A stretch of 64,000 nucleotides of DNA from Bdellovibrionales bacterium. GTDB taxonomy: Bacteria > Bdellovibrionota > Bdellovibrionia > Bdellovibrionales > UBA1609. The notes under the pieces were generated by a model. It was given only the letters and a program-made list of their open reading frames with translations, did no database searches and had not been told where the DNA came from. Positions 34,463 through 43,699 of the stretch are shown in pieces; position 1 is the first letter of the stretch; each line of letters starts with the position of its first letter. Position numbers and translations under genes: made by a program. Location of the stretch: positions 352,001 to 416,000 of the forward strand of contig OZ241329.1 in the NCBI GenBank assembly GCA_965199825.1. The letters are read 5' to 3'.

Positions 34463-35505
34463 TTTTGCTCCAATGGTCGCTCTTCAACAATTTCGAGTCC
34501 AAAGGCCTTTATGCCCACACGTTTTGTTGGAGTATTTGTGATTAAAATCAATTGGCAAACGCCTAGGGCTCTTAAGATTTGGGCTCCGACTCCGTAGTCT
34601 CTTTGATCTTCGGAGCCGTACATCGATGGACCGCGGAGATAAATCAGCAGACCTGAACCTTCGGCATCAATCGCTTTGAGTGAACTCGCTAAAGGACCTT
34701 CTTCGCTGCCATCAAAAAGATCACGCACCAAATTTTCGGTTTGGACGCGCACCAAGACTGGCGTTGCAGGGTCGACCTCGCCTTTTGAAATCACCCAATG
34801 CTCTTGACCATCGAGGCGATTGACAAAGGTGTGCATCAAAAAATCGGATCCAAAGGCGGTCTTTAAAGGTTCGGTCGAAATTTTTTGGACAAACATTTCG
34901 TTTTCTAACCGATACTGAATCAGCTTTTCGATCGAGGAAATTTTCATATGATGTCGAGCCGCAAAGTTTTTGAGATCGGGCAAACGAGCCATCGTGCCAT
35001 CAAGATTTATAATTTCGCAAATGACCGCTGCCGATCTTAATCCCGCAAGTTTTGCCAAGTCCACACTGGCTTCGGTATGCCCTGCCCGTTTGAGCACGCC
35101 ACCGATTTGGGCTCGGATCGGAAAAACATGGCCCGGCATAATCACATCTTGGGGTGTCGACAAAGGATCACTGGCAACTTTAATGGTGAGCGCGCGATCG
35201 GCCGCAGAAATTCCGGTGCTCACACCTTGGGAAGCTTCGATACTCACGGTGAAGGCGGTCTTGTGGGGGGAACCATTGCTGTCATCACGCACCATTAAAG
35301 GAATTTTTAGGCGATCAAGTTGATCGGGCAAAAGTGAAAGACAAATTAAACCTCGAGCTTCCACCGCCATAAAGTTAACCGCATCGGGCGTGATGTGCTC
35401 GGCCGCAATCATAATGTCGCCTTCGTTTTCGCGATCTTCGTCATCCACCAAAATAACAAATCGGCCTTGTTTAATGTCTTCTATGATTTCTGGAATGCTA
35501 TTCAA
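34459..35505 (-). CDS. ribB: DHBP synthase fused to a degenerate GTP cyclohydrolase II domain (RibBX type)
   Basis: DDEDRENEGD, PGHVFP, RAGHTEA in the RibB part; the C-terminal GCHII-like part lacks the Zn-binding Cys. Confidence 0.9.
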   Translation of the reverse strand: MNSIPEIIEDIKQGRFVILVDDEDRENEGDIMIAAEHITPDAVNFMAVEARGLICLSLLPDQLDRLKIPLMVRDDSNGSPHKTAFTVSIEASQGVSTGISAADRALTIKVASDPLSTPQDVIMPGHVFPIRAQIGGVLKRAGHTEASVDLAKLAGLRSAAVICEIINLDGTMARLPDLKNFAARHHMKISSIEKLIQYRLENEMFVQKISTEPLKTAFGSDFLMHTFVNRLDGQEHWVISKGEVDPATPVLVRVQTENLVRDLFDGSEEGPLASSLKAIDAEGSGLLIYLRGPSMYGSEDQRDYGVGAQILRALGVCQLILITNTPTKRVGIKAFGLEIVEERPLEQK

Positions 35506-36098
35506 AGACGCTCCTTCACCGCATGGATCAGGCCCCGCGCCATCCAGTCCACTTCAAGATTAACGACATCACCTGTTTTTAAATTTTTGAGATTTGTGCG
35601 CTTTAAAGTTTCGGGAATCAAATAGACATCGACAAACTGATCATTCACTCCGTTGAGAGTGAGGCTTACCCCATTGATCGCGATACTCCCTTTGGGCCAA
35701 AAATATTTTTTGAGATCTGCTGGCACTTCGATTTTTAAAAATAAACCCTCAGAGCTTGAGTGGGCTTCCTGAATATGACCGATACCGTCGACATGCCCAC
35801 TAACCAAGTGGCCATGAATGCGATCATTAAACCTTAGCGATCTTTCCAGATTTAAAATTCGGCCTTCGAGCTTTGATAAATCCCATCTCGTAATCTTTAG
35901 AGTTTCAAGACCTAAAGCAAATTGCATTTGCCCCTCCTGATCTTTTTCAAGGGTGAGGCAAACTCCATCGCACGCGATACTATCACCAAGCTTGAGGTCG
36001 TCAAAACTTGGCGGTCGTTGCACTTGGATGCGCACCAGATCAGAGGTCTGTTGAGCCGCTAAAACTAAACCTGTGTTTTCGATGATTCCAGAGAACAT
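35502..36098 (-). CDS. ribE: Riboflavin synthase
   Basis: MFSGII, GDSIACDGVCLT, GHLVSGHVD, KGSIAINGVSLT. Confidence 0.96.
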   Translation of the reverse strand: MFSGIIENTGLVLAAQQTSDLVRIQVQRPPSFDDLKLGDSIACDGVCLTLEKDQEGQMQFALGLETLKITRWDLSKLEGRILNLERSLRFNDRIHGHLVSGHVDGIGHIQEAHSSSEGLFLKIEVPADLKKYFWPKGSIAINGVSLTLNGVNDQFVDVYLIPETLKRTNLKNLKTGDVVNLEVDWMARGLIHAVKERL

Positions 36099-36107
36099 TT
36101 CACAGTT

Positions 36108-38711
36108 TTAGTTCTTTACCGCTTGCGGGGTCAATGGCTCGAGCTGCAAATGCAGATCATCAGCCCGCACTTGCACAGTTTGGTTGGGCTGTACTTGGTG
36201 ACTGATCATCATTTTTGCCAAAGGATTCAAAAGTTCACGCTGGATCACACGCTTCAAAGGTCGAGCTCCATAAAGAGGGTCGTAACCCTTATGGGCTAAA
36301 TATTTGAGAACGTTTTGATCAAACTGCAATTTGATCTTTTTTTCGCCCAAGCGTTTTTCGATATGCTGGATCTGCACTGATACGATATCGGCGATTTGTT
36401 TTTCATCAAGGCTTTTGAAGATCACAATTTCATCCACTCGATTTAAAAACTCGGGCCGAAATAAAGTTTTAAGAGCTTCATGAGCCTGAGCCTCGCGCTC
36501 GTCCGCATTGAGCGTCGGATCAATTAAAAAGGTGCTACCCGCATTGGAGGTCATCACCAAAACTGTATTTTTGAAATCCACAGTGCGGCCCTGGCCGTCG
36601 GTCAAACGACCATCATCGAGCACCTGCAGTAAAATATTAAAAACATCAGGATGAGCCTTTTCGATCTCGTCGAGCAGAATCACACTGTAAGGTCTTCGCC
36701 GAACCTGTTCGGTCAGTTGACCACCGGCTTCGTAGCCAATATAGCCGGGAGGCGCTCCGACCAAGCGCGAGACCGCATGCTTTTCCATATATTCGCTCAT
36801 GTCGATACGGATCACCGCTTCTTCAGTATCAAATAAAAATTCGGCCAAAGCTTTTACCGTTTCGGTTTTACCCACACCGGTTGGTCCTAAAAAGATAAAG
36901 CTTCCGATCGGTCGATGCGGATCAGAAATTTCGGCGCGCGCGCGACGAATCGCATCGGCCACCACTTCGAGGGCATGGTCTTGACCCACCACTCGGGTGC
37001 GCAGTTGATTTTCCATTTGCAAGAGCTTACCCGATTCGGACTCGAGCATTTTGGCCACAGGAATTCCTGTCCATTTGCCAACGACCTGTGCAATCTCTTC
37101 GGGCCCCACTTCTTCGCGCAGCATCCGTGATTTTTTGGGATCGACCTCGATGGAGGTTAAATGGGTGAGCTTTTTTTCGAGCTCGGGCAAGCTGCCATAT
37201 TTAAGTGCTGCCGCTTTTTCGAGGTGCCCCTCACGCTCAGCCCGATCGATATCGAGCCGAGTTTTTTCGATCTCCTCTTTAACCGTTTTGATTCCACCAA
37301 TTTCGGATTTTTCTTTTTCCCACTGAGCTCTTAAAGTTTTGGAGTGGGATTGGAGCTCAGCGATTTCTTTTTCAACCACCTGAAAGCGCTCTTTGGCCGA
37401 AGGATCGGTTTCTTTTTTTAAAGCCTCACGCTCAATTTGGAGTTGCATGGTTTTGCGCTCCGCCTCGTCGATCACACTCGGCAGACTATTAATTTCAATA
37501 CTCAAACGACTTGCGGCCTCGTCCATCAAATCAATCGCTTTATCGGGCAAAAATCTTGCGGTGATATAACGGTGAGAGAGTTTGACCGCCGCAAGGATTG
37601 CCGCATCGGTTATGCGTACGCCATGATGAAGTTCGTATTTTTGTTTGAGTCCGCGAAGAATGGTGATGGCGTCTTGAACGTTTGGCTCTTCGACCAGTAC
37701 GGTTTGAAAACGTCGCTCAAGCGCCTTATCTTTTTCGATATACTGGCGGTACTCATCCAGAGTGGTTGCACCAATGCAGCGGAGTTCGCCACGAGCCAAT
37801 GCCGGTTTTAAAATTTGACCCGCATCCATGGCCCCTTCGGATTTGCCCGCCCCAACGAGCGTATGAATTTCATCGATAAATAAAATGACTTCGCTATCGC
37901 TATCGATCACTTCTTTAACCACCGCTTTTAATCGGTCTTCAAACTCGCCGCGATATTTTGCACCCGCAATGAGCGAGGCCAAGTCGAGAGCCAAAAGCTT
38001 TTTACCAAATAAAATATTGGGCACATCCTTATTGATGATTCGAACCGCAAGCCCCTCGGCAATCGCCGTTTTGCCCACACCGGGCTCACCGATAAGGACC
38101 GGATTGTTTTTGGTGCGACGAGCGAGCACTTGGATGGTGCGCCTAATCTCTTCATCTCGGCCAATTACTGGATCGAGCTTTCCCTCTTCGGCCAATTGGG
38201 TGAGGTCGCGCGCATATTTTTTTAAAACAGCAAATTTATTTTCGGGATCTTCGTCGGTCACTTTTTGATCTCCCTTAAGTTTGGTCAATGCCTCTTTAAA
38301 TTTGAATGGGTCAAGGCCCCATTGAGCAAGATTTGTTTTGAGTTCTTTTAATCCAGAATCAAATGCGGCCAAAATAAAGTGTTCGGTCGAGATATACGAA
38401 TCTCCTGAAATTTGGGCCGCACTCTCGGCGCCTTTAAATAACCGAATCAAATTGGGCGAGGCATTGACCGATGGATTCGGTTTTGCCAAACGCGGAAGGT
38501 TTTGGATCTGAGCATCCAACTTTTCGATAAGTCGAGCGGGCTCGACTCCAATATTTTCAAGAACCTGGGGAACAATCCCGCCTGGTTGATGAATAATTTC
38601 GCGCAGCACATGCTCGGGCTCCACGTTGGAGTTATGCAGTTTTTCGGCAAGGCTTGCGGCCGCTTGCATGGCCTCTTGACTTTTTGTTGTCATTTTTTGG
38701 ATTTCATTCAT
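36108..38711 (-). CDS. clpB: ATP-dependent disaggregase ClpB
   Basis: Two AAA+ modules ([16 protein letters not shown]), KYRGEFE, coiled-coil M-domain, GARPLKR; start trimmed to ATG 38711. Confidence 0.97.
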   Translation of the reverse strand: MNEIQKMTTKSQEAMQAAASLAEKLHNSNVEPEHVLREIIHQPGGIVPQVLENIGVEPARLIEKLDAQIQNLPRLAKPNPSVNASPNLIRLFKGAESAAQISGDSYISTEHFILAAFDSGLKELKTNLAQWGLDPFKFKEALTKLKGDQKVTDEDPENKFAVLKKYARDLTQLAEEGKLDPVIGRDEEIRRTIQVLARRTKNNPVLIGEPGVGKTAIAEGLAVRIINKDVPNILFGKKLLALDLASLIAGAKYRGEFEDRLKAVVKEVIDSDSEVILFIDEIHTLVGAGKSEGAMDAGQILKPALARGELRCIGATTLDEYRQYIEKDKALERRFQTVLVEEPNVQDAITILRGLKQKYELHHGVRITDAAILAAVKLSHRYITARFLPDKAIDLMDEAASRLSIEINSLPSVIDEAERKTMQLQIEREALKKETDPSAKERFQVVEKEIAELQSHSKTLRAQWEKEKSEIGGIKTVKEEIEKTRLDIDRAEREGHLEKAAALKYGSLPELEKKLTHLTSIEVDPKKSRMLREEVGPEEIAQVVGKWTGIPVAKMLESESGKLLQMENQLRTRVVGQDHALEVVADAIRRARAEISDPHRPIGSFIFLGPTGVGKTETVKALAEFLFDTEEAVIRIDMSEYMEKHAVSRLVGAPPGYIGYEAGGQLTEQVRRRPYSVILLDEIEKAHPDVFNILLQVLDDGRLTDGQGRTVDFKNTVLVMTSNAGSTFLIDPTLNADEREAQAHEALKTLFRPEFLNRVDEIVIFKSLDEKQIADIVSVQIQHIEKRLGEKKIKLQFDQNVLKYLAHKGYDPLYGARPLKRVIQRELLNPLAKMMISHQVQPNQTVQVRADDLHLQLEPLTPQAVKN

Positions 38712-38721
38712 AAGTGTAAAA

Positions 38722-38994
38722 GTGAGTTCTGAAAAAAAATTGTCAACAAATAAACCCAGACCTTTAAAGACTCCGAAGACTTTGCGAAAGAGCATCATTC
38801 TTGATCGGGTCAATCCGCGAGACTTTATGGAGCTCGATTTTACTTATAGCTGCGAGCAGTGCAGTCACTTTGCGAGTCAGACTAAGAGCTGTACATTTGG
38901 CTACAATGCCCAAAATCATCTTAAAGAAAACCAGATTGCTCTTTATTACCGTGGTGGACGTATGGCTTTTTGCCGCTACTCGGAGATCGACTAG
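38722..38994 (+). CDS. Small Cys-rich hypothetical protein (start uncertain; TTG 38740 or 38782 possible)
   Basis: CEQCSH...C...H...C pattern; stop directly abuts the next gene. Confidence 0.65.
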   Translation: MSSEKKLSTNKPRPLKTPKTLRKSIILDRVNPRDFMELDFTYSCEQCSHFASQTKSCTFGYNAQNHLKENQIALYYRGGRMAFCRYSEID

Positions 38995-39876
38995 TTGGTT
39001 ATTTATTTTTTAGCAGCCGTTGGTCTGGCGCTGGTTTTTTATCTTATATTTAGAAAAAAACAGATCGCGAATCGCCCCCCATCCCAGACTCTGTTATTGG
39101 GCGATCTTCATGTTCACTATAATGATGTGGGAAGCGGAGGACGAACCTTTGTTTTGATCCACGGTTTAGGAGCCTCCTTATATTGCTTTAGATTAATCAT
39201 TCCAATTTTGGCCAAACATGGCCGAGTGATTGCTCTTGATCTACCGGGCTTTGGTCAAAGTGAAAAGCGGCTCGACCTGAGCTACGACATCGACCAACAA
39301 GCCGAGCGCATCGGGTTATTTTGTGAAGCATTAAAAATTCGCGATGCGATTGTGGTCGGCAGTTCAATGGGAGGACTTCTCGCTTTTTATCTCGCACTAA
39401 AAAAGCCAGACTTGGTTGGTCACCTCGTGACAATTTCGCCAGCGCTTTATGTGCGCACCTTTGTTCCGCAATGGGTGATGCGCAAGAGTTGGTTTATGGG
39501 CCGCATGCTGAATGCAGCGGTTATGGCTCGGGCGCTTAAATCCGTGGTCGCTCGACATGAGCTGATCGATCAAGATGTGATTTCGAATTATCTTTCACCC
39601 TATAGTGATCCCAATTCTTTTCGAATATTATTGCGTGCTCTTGAATCTTTGAGTGAAACACGCTGGACCGAAGAACTTAAAAATTTTAGTAAGCCCAACT
39701 TAATGCTTTGGGGGACTAAGGACCGTGTACTTTCGGTGAAGCTTGCAGAACATGTCAGAAAATCATTTCCACAAACCCAAATTTTTATTCATCAAGAGGG
39801 TGGACATCACCTTCAAGAGGACGATCCAGTCTGGGTTTCACAAAAAATTTTAGATTTTACTCTACAGAAGTATTGA
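38995..39876 (+). CDS. Membrane-anchored alpha/beta hydrolase
   Basis: N-terminal TM, IHGLG oxyanion loop, DLPGFG, GSSMGG nucleophile elbow, WGTKD, GHHLQED. Confidence 0.92.
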   Translation: MVIYFLAAVGLALVFYLIFRKKQIANRPPSQTLLLGDLHVHYNDVGSGGRTFVLIHGLGASLYCFRLIIPILAKHGRVIALDLPGFGQSEKRLDLSYDIDQQAERIGLFCEALKIRDAIVVGSSMGGLLAFYLALKKPDLVGHLVTISPALYVRTFVPQWVMRKSWFMGRMLNAAVMARALKSVVARHELIDQDVISNYLSPYSDPNSFRILLRALESLSETRWTEELKNFSKPNLMLWGTKDRVLSVKLAEHVRKSFPQTQIFIHQEGGHHLQEDDPVWVSQKILDFTLQKY

Positions 39877-39936
39877 TTCCTCGACCGCCCTAAGACCAAC
39901 TTTAGATTGATTCACTTTAAATAGCCTCAAGTCCTG

Positions 39937-39963
39937 TCAAGAAACCGCTATTGTTCCCGAAAG
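39937..39963 (+). promoter_or_regulatory. Putative sigma28 (FliA) promoter of flagellin
   Basis: TCAA-N15-CCCGAAAG versus consensus TAAA-N15-GCCGATAA, about 95 nt upstream of the flagellin ATG. Confidence 0.6.
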
Positions 39964-40056
39964 GTGTAATGTGAAATGGCTCGGATGCCAGATCCAAGAC
40001 GGATTAATAACACATGGAGGTACCACACTAACGAATTCCTAACGGAGGATAAGACT

Positions 40057-40893
40057 ATGGGTATGCGAATTACGACAAACATTGCGGCTTTGAACGCACA
40101 AAGAAATTTGGCTACTAGCCAAACAAACATTCAGTCAAGCTTAAGCAAGCTGGCTTCAGGTTCGAGAATTAACCGCGCAGCTGACGATGCAGCTGGATTA
40201 GCGATTTCAGAAAATTTGAAATCACAAATCCGCTCAACACGCCAAGCAAGCAGAAACGCAAACGACGGTGTCTCTTTAGTACAAACTGCTGAAGGTGGTT
40301 TGAACGAAATCGGAAACATCATCACTCGTATGCGTGAATTAGGAATCCAAGCTTCTTCTGACACTGTTGGAAAAGACGAACGTGGATTCGTAGATAAAGA
40401 AGTTCAACAATTAAAATCAGAACTTCAGCGTATTGCTTCAGTAACAACTTGGGGCAAAACAAAACTTCTTGATGGATCTTCACCAAATTATGATTTTCAA
40501 ATTGGTATTTACAATAATGCTAAAGAAGATCGAATCAGCTTTGCATCAGCAGAGAACGTTGCAACTCTTGATTCTTTGAAACTTGCAGATCTTGATTACA
40601 CAACAAAAGAAGGCGCACAAAGTGCTCTTGGTCAGCTAGATAACGCTCAAGTTTCAGTGAGCGGAATGCGATCAAGCCTTGGTGCTCTTCAGAACCGACT
40701 CGCTTCGACAACTGCTAACTTGTTAGTATTTGAAGAGAATATGTCGGCAGCAAACAGCCGTATCCGAGATACTGATGTTGCTGAGACTTCGTCTGAGCTC
40801 ACTCGCAACAACATCATGTTGCAAGCTTCGACGGCAACTTTGGCTCAAGCCAATCAGTCTGCATCCGTAGCTCTGAAATTGATCCAAGGTTAA
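40057..40893 (+). CDS. fliC: Flagellin (278 aa, essentially D0/D1 only)
   Basis: RITTNIAAL, SGSRINRAADDAAGLAISE, LGALQNRL, SRIRDTDVA; ATG 40057 with GGAGG SD. Confidence 0.97.
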   Translation: MGMRITTNIAALNAQRNLATSQTNIQSSLSKLASGSRINRAADDAAGLAISENLKSQIRSTRQASRNANDGVSLVQTAEGGLNEIGNIITRMRELGIQASSDTVGKDERGFVDKEVQQLKSELQRIASVTTWGKTKLLDGSSPNYDFQIGIYNNAKEDRISFASAENVATLDSLKLADLDYTTKEGAQSALGQLDNAQVSVSGMRSSLGALQNRLASTTANLLVFEENMSAANSRIRDTDVAETSSELTRNNIMLQASTATLAQANQSASVALKLIQG

Positions 40894-40927
40894 TTCCTAG
40901 GTTTTAGTTTTCTTATCACTCCGATCT

Positions 40928-40956
40928 GTAGGTCAGACTTCGATGGTCTGGCCTAC
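40928..40956 (+). terminator. Hairpin downstream of flagellin
   Basis: GTAGGTCAGAC/GTCTGGCCTAC 11-bp stem with one U-G pair on the + strand; no U tract. Confidence 0.5.
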
Positions 40957-41042
40957 CGACATCGCGAAAATCTCGTTTGACAGCAGAGATTGCTTTGTAG
41001 CTAAATGAAAACTCCTATCGGCATAAAAACTGGGAGTTAAGA

Positions 41043-41483
41043 ATGGCAAAAGCGAAGAAAAAAGCAAAAAAAGTAACATCGAAAAAAGCGGCTAAAAAAA
41101 GCAATTCAGCTAAAAAGGCAGCTAAAAAAGTAACATCGAAAAAAGCGACATCGAAAAAAGCTTCGAAAAAATCGAGCACGAAGTCGGCACCAAAGAAATC
41201 GACCAGCAAAAAAGACGCATCCAAAAAATCAGCGTCGAAAAAGACCGCAAAAAAATCAAGTTCAAAAAAGACATCAAAACAGAAGGCCTCCAAAAAGCCT
41301 GAAGTGATGACAAACCCCTATTCCACTGGGAACACCACTGATCAACACGATGGCAACACCGATGATCATGACCATAAAGGAATCGGAACTTCTGAATCAG
41401 AAGAATATCAAGATCCAGAAAACGACGAATCATTTGAAGAAGTTGATGAAGATGAAGAATCAGACGACGAAGGTTATTTCTAA
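41043..41483 (+). CDS. Histone H1-like low-complexity protein: Lys/Ser/Ala-rich N-half, Asp/Glu-rich C-tail
   Basis: xxKK repeats including a duplicated KKVTSKKA; GGGAG SD upstream; terminator downstream. Confidence 0.8.
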   Translation: MAKAKKKAKKVTSKKAAKKSNSAKKAAKKVTSKKATSKKASKKSSTKSAPKKSTSKKDASKKSASKKTAKKSSSKKTSKQKASKKPEVMTNPYSTGNTTDQHDGNTDDHDHKGIGTSESEEYQDPENDESFEEVDEDEESDDEGYF

Positions 41484-41509
41484 ATCCCTGAGGTGAGCCT
41501 ATGGGATAC

Positions 41510-41541
41510 AAAAAAGCGGGATCTAGTCCCGCTTTTTTTTT
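41510..41541. terminator. Bidirectional intrinsic terminator
   Basis: AAAAAAGCGGGA-TCTAG-TCCCGCTTTTTTTTT between convergent genes. Confidence 0.85.
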
Positions 41542-42634
41542 ACTTTTGTGGTTTGCTATGAACCGCGTAACGCTCAAACTCACCGTACTCATGGAGTTTG
41601 TTATAAAGCGTTTTGATCGTAATCCCTAAAGCATTTGCTGCCTGAGTTTTGTTACTATCAAAATAGTTTAACGCTTTTAAAATATATCGCTTTTCGAGTT
41701 CATGAAGAGTCATTGTTGGATCGTAATCATCGATAACAACTTTATGATCAGGATTGCGAATATTTTCGGGCAAATCGTTAGGCATAATCATATGACCATC
41801 AGCCAAAATTTGGAGACGTTCACAGACGTTTTGTAATTCACGAATGTTTCCTGGCCAGTCGTAACGAAGAAGGATCTTCATTGCGTCTTCGCTCATTTGA
41901 CGACCACGGTTTAAAAAACCGTTGGTGTTAGTAGCAAGAAAATGATCGACGAGAGCCGAAATATCTTCTTTGCGACGGCGAAGAGGTGGCGAATGAACCA
42001 TGATCGTGTTGATACGATAAAAAAGATCTTCACGGAAATTTCCGCGCATCACTTCTTTATCCAACTCTTTATTTGTGGCGCTTACCAAACGGATATCCAC
42101 TTTGATTGGCTCTTTGCCACCAACGCGGAAAATTTCGCCTTCTTGAAGAAAGCGCAAAAGTTTGGCTTGGATACCGGGAGTCAACTCGCCGATTTCATCC
42201 AAAAATAAGGTTCCACCATTTGCAACTTCGGCTAAGCCGATTTTGCGGGTGTAAGCACCAGTAAAAGCACCCTTTTCGTGACCGAAAAGTTCGCTCTCTA
42301 ATAAAGTCTCACGAAGAGCACCACAGTTGATTGCAACAAATGGTTTGTTCTTTCGATTACTTTTTTCGTGGACAGCGTGAGCGATAAGCTCTTTGCCTGT
42401 TCCACTCTCACCAAGCACCAACACAGTAGCATTTGATGGAGCCACACGTTCAACCATGCGCATTAACTGGCGCATAACTTCAGAACGATAGACAATACGT
42501 TTATTTTCTAGGATCGTTTGAGTAGCAGGTGCAAGACCTGCGGGGCCAAATGAATTCATCCCAGGAAGTGGATTTTCAGCAGATGGCGGGAGAACTGGAA
42601 ATTTTTCGATACCTGATTCTGACGAGTCTGACAT
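41540..42634 (-). CDS. Sigma54 enhancer-binding protein without sensory domain (AAA+ - HTH)
   Basis: GESGTGKE, ESELFGHEKGAFTGA, LFLDEIG, FREDLFYRI, WPGNIREL, HTH; only about 45 low-complexity residues precede the AAA+ domain. Confidence 0.93.
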   Translation of the reverse strand: MSDSSESGIEKFPVLPPSAENPLPGMNSFGPAGLAPATQTILENKRIVYRSEVMRQLMRMVERVAPSNATVLVLGESGTGKELIAHAVHEKSNRKNKPFVAINCGALRETLLESELFGHEKGAFTGAYTRKIGLAEVANGGTLFLDEIGELTPGIQAKLLRFLQEGEIFRVGGKEPIKVDIRLVSATNKELDKEVMRGNFREDLFYRINTIMVHSPPLRRRKEDISALVDHFLATNTNGFLNRGRQMSEDAMKILLRYDWPGNIRELQNVCERLQILADGHMIMPNDLPENIRNPDHKVVIDDYDPTMTLHELEKRYILKALNYFDSNKTQAANALGITIKTLYNKLHEYGEFERYAVHSKPQK

Positions 42635-42796
42635 ACGGACAACCTCTTTTTTATATCAACCAGCAGAAGTCAAAAAAACTTCCCACCAATTTTGATACGC
42701 AGCATTATCGCGTTGTTTTATCAGAACCGACCAGATGTCGCAAGTTTTTTTTGCAAAGCGTAATGAACAAGTTCTACTTATTTTTGAGGCCGACAA

Positions 42797-43699
42797 TTGC
42801 CGTCATCATTTAAGCTCAATCTTGTCAAACACGCCAGTAACTACTTGATATATCTACGTTCCGTTAAAACCGCTTCCTCCCATACTATCAAGTCTTATGC
42901 CACCGACCTTGACCAATTTTTGGGCAATGGTGAAAATAGTAAAACTTCCCTACCCGCATTGGTTGACGTGGACTCTATTTTCAAGGCCCTGTTTTCTACG
43001 GCTGGCCAGCGATGGGCAAATTTAAGTCCCGCATCTCGAAATCGTAAATGGGCTTGCGTCCGTGGATTTGTGCAGTGGCTCTATCGCGAGCAATTTATTT
43101 CAAAAGATTTTAGCTCACACATTGTGCTCAACAAGGTTCCAGAAAAGATTCCGCATTTTTTATCCGTCGACGAGGCCTTGCACGTGGTTCAAAACCTCAA
43201 AAGCAAATCCCCTACTTTTGAAAACCAAAAAAATCTTTGTCTGTTTGTTTTGCTTTATGGCGCGGGATTAAGAATCGGCGAAGTGTGCAAGCTGCGATGG
43301 AGCGATATCAAATGGGAAAGTCATTCGGCACTGATTCACGGTAAGGGAGGGCGCGAGCGCATCGTCGTTTTTCCAGCAAGCGTGGTGACCACACTTAAAG
43401 ATTTTTTGACCTCCAAGAAAGATGAATTTGTTTTTCCAGAAATGACCAACTCTCGCGCTTATCGTTTGATTAAAAATATCGGGATTGACGCCGGCTTATT
43501 AAAGCCTCTTCACCCTCATGCGCTGAGGCACAGCTTTGCAACACACATGCTTTCGGGCGGAGGTGATCTTCGCGTGTTGCAAGAACTTCTTGGTCACACC
43601 AGCCTACGTGCAACAGGTCGCTACACACATTTAAATATTGATGATTTGGCACGAAGCCTTGAAAGTTTTCATCCGATGTCGAAAAATAAGGATTCATGA
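42797..43699 (+). CDS. xerC: Tyrosine recombinase XerC-like
   Basis: LYGAGLRIGE, GKGGRER, HPHALRHSFATHML, QELLGH, RYTH. Confidence 0.85.
   Translation: MPSSFKLNLVKHASNYLIYLRSVKTASSHTIKSYATDLDQFLGNGENSKTSLPALVDVDSIFKALFSTAGQRWANLSPASRNRKWACVRGFVQWLYREQFISKDFSSHIVLNKVPEKIPHFLSVDEALHVVQNLKSKSPTFENQKNLCLFVLLYGAGLRIGEVCKLRWSDIKWESHSALIHGKGGRERIVVFPASVVTTLKDFLTSKKDEFVFPEMTNSRAYRLIKNIGIDAGLLKPLHPHALRHSFATHMLSGGGDLRVLQELLGHTSLRATGRYTHLNIDDLARSLESFHPMSKNKDS

Noticed and set aside
38712..38813. N-terminal extension of ClpB (also the ORF-track extensions of rplN, rplW, secE, fliC, nuoCD, ugd, ntrX)
   Set aside because: These are upstream alternative starts overlapping neighbouring genes or promoters; better-supported downstream starts exist
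41066..41147. Direct repeat AAAAAAGTAACATCGAAAAAAGCG as a CRISPR or tandem repeat array
   Set aside because: Only two copies, in frame, encoding KKVTSKKA; no spacer array or cas genes
41015..41592. Hydrophobic Phe-rich minus-strand ORFs (92 and 156 aa)
   Set aside because: Antisense artefacts of the AAA-rich Lys codons of the H1-like gene
42797..43699. Tyrosine recombinase as a prophage, integron or island integrase
   Set aside because: XerC-like length and motifs, coupled to gmhB; no att repeats, cassette array or phage genes nearby
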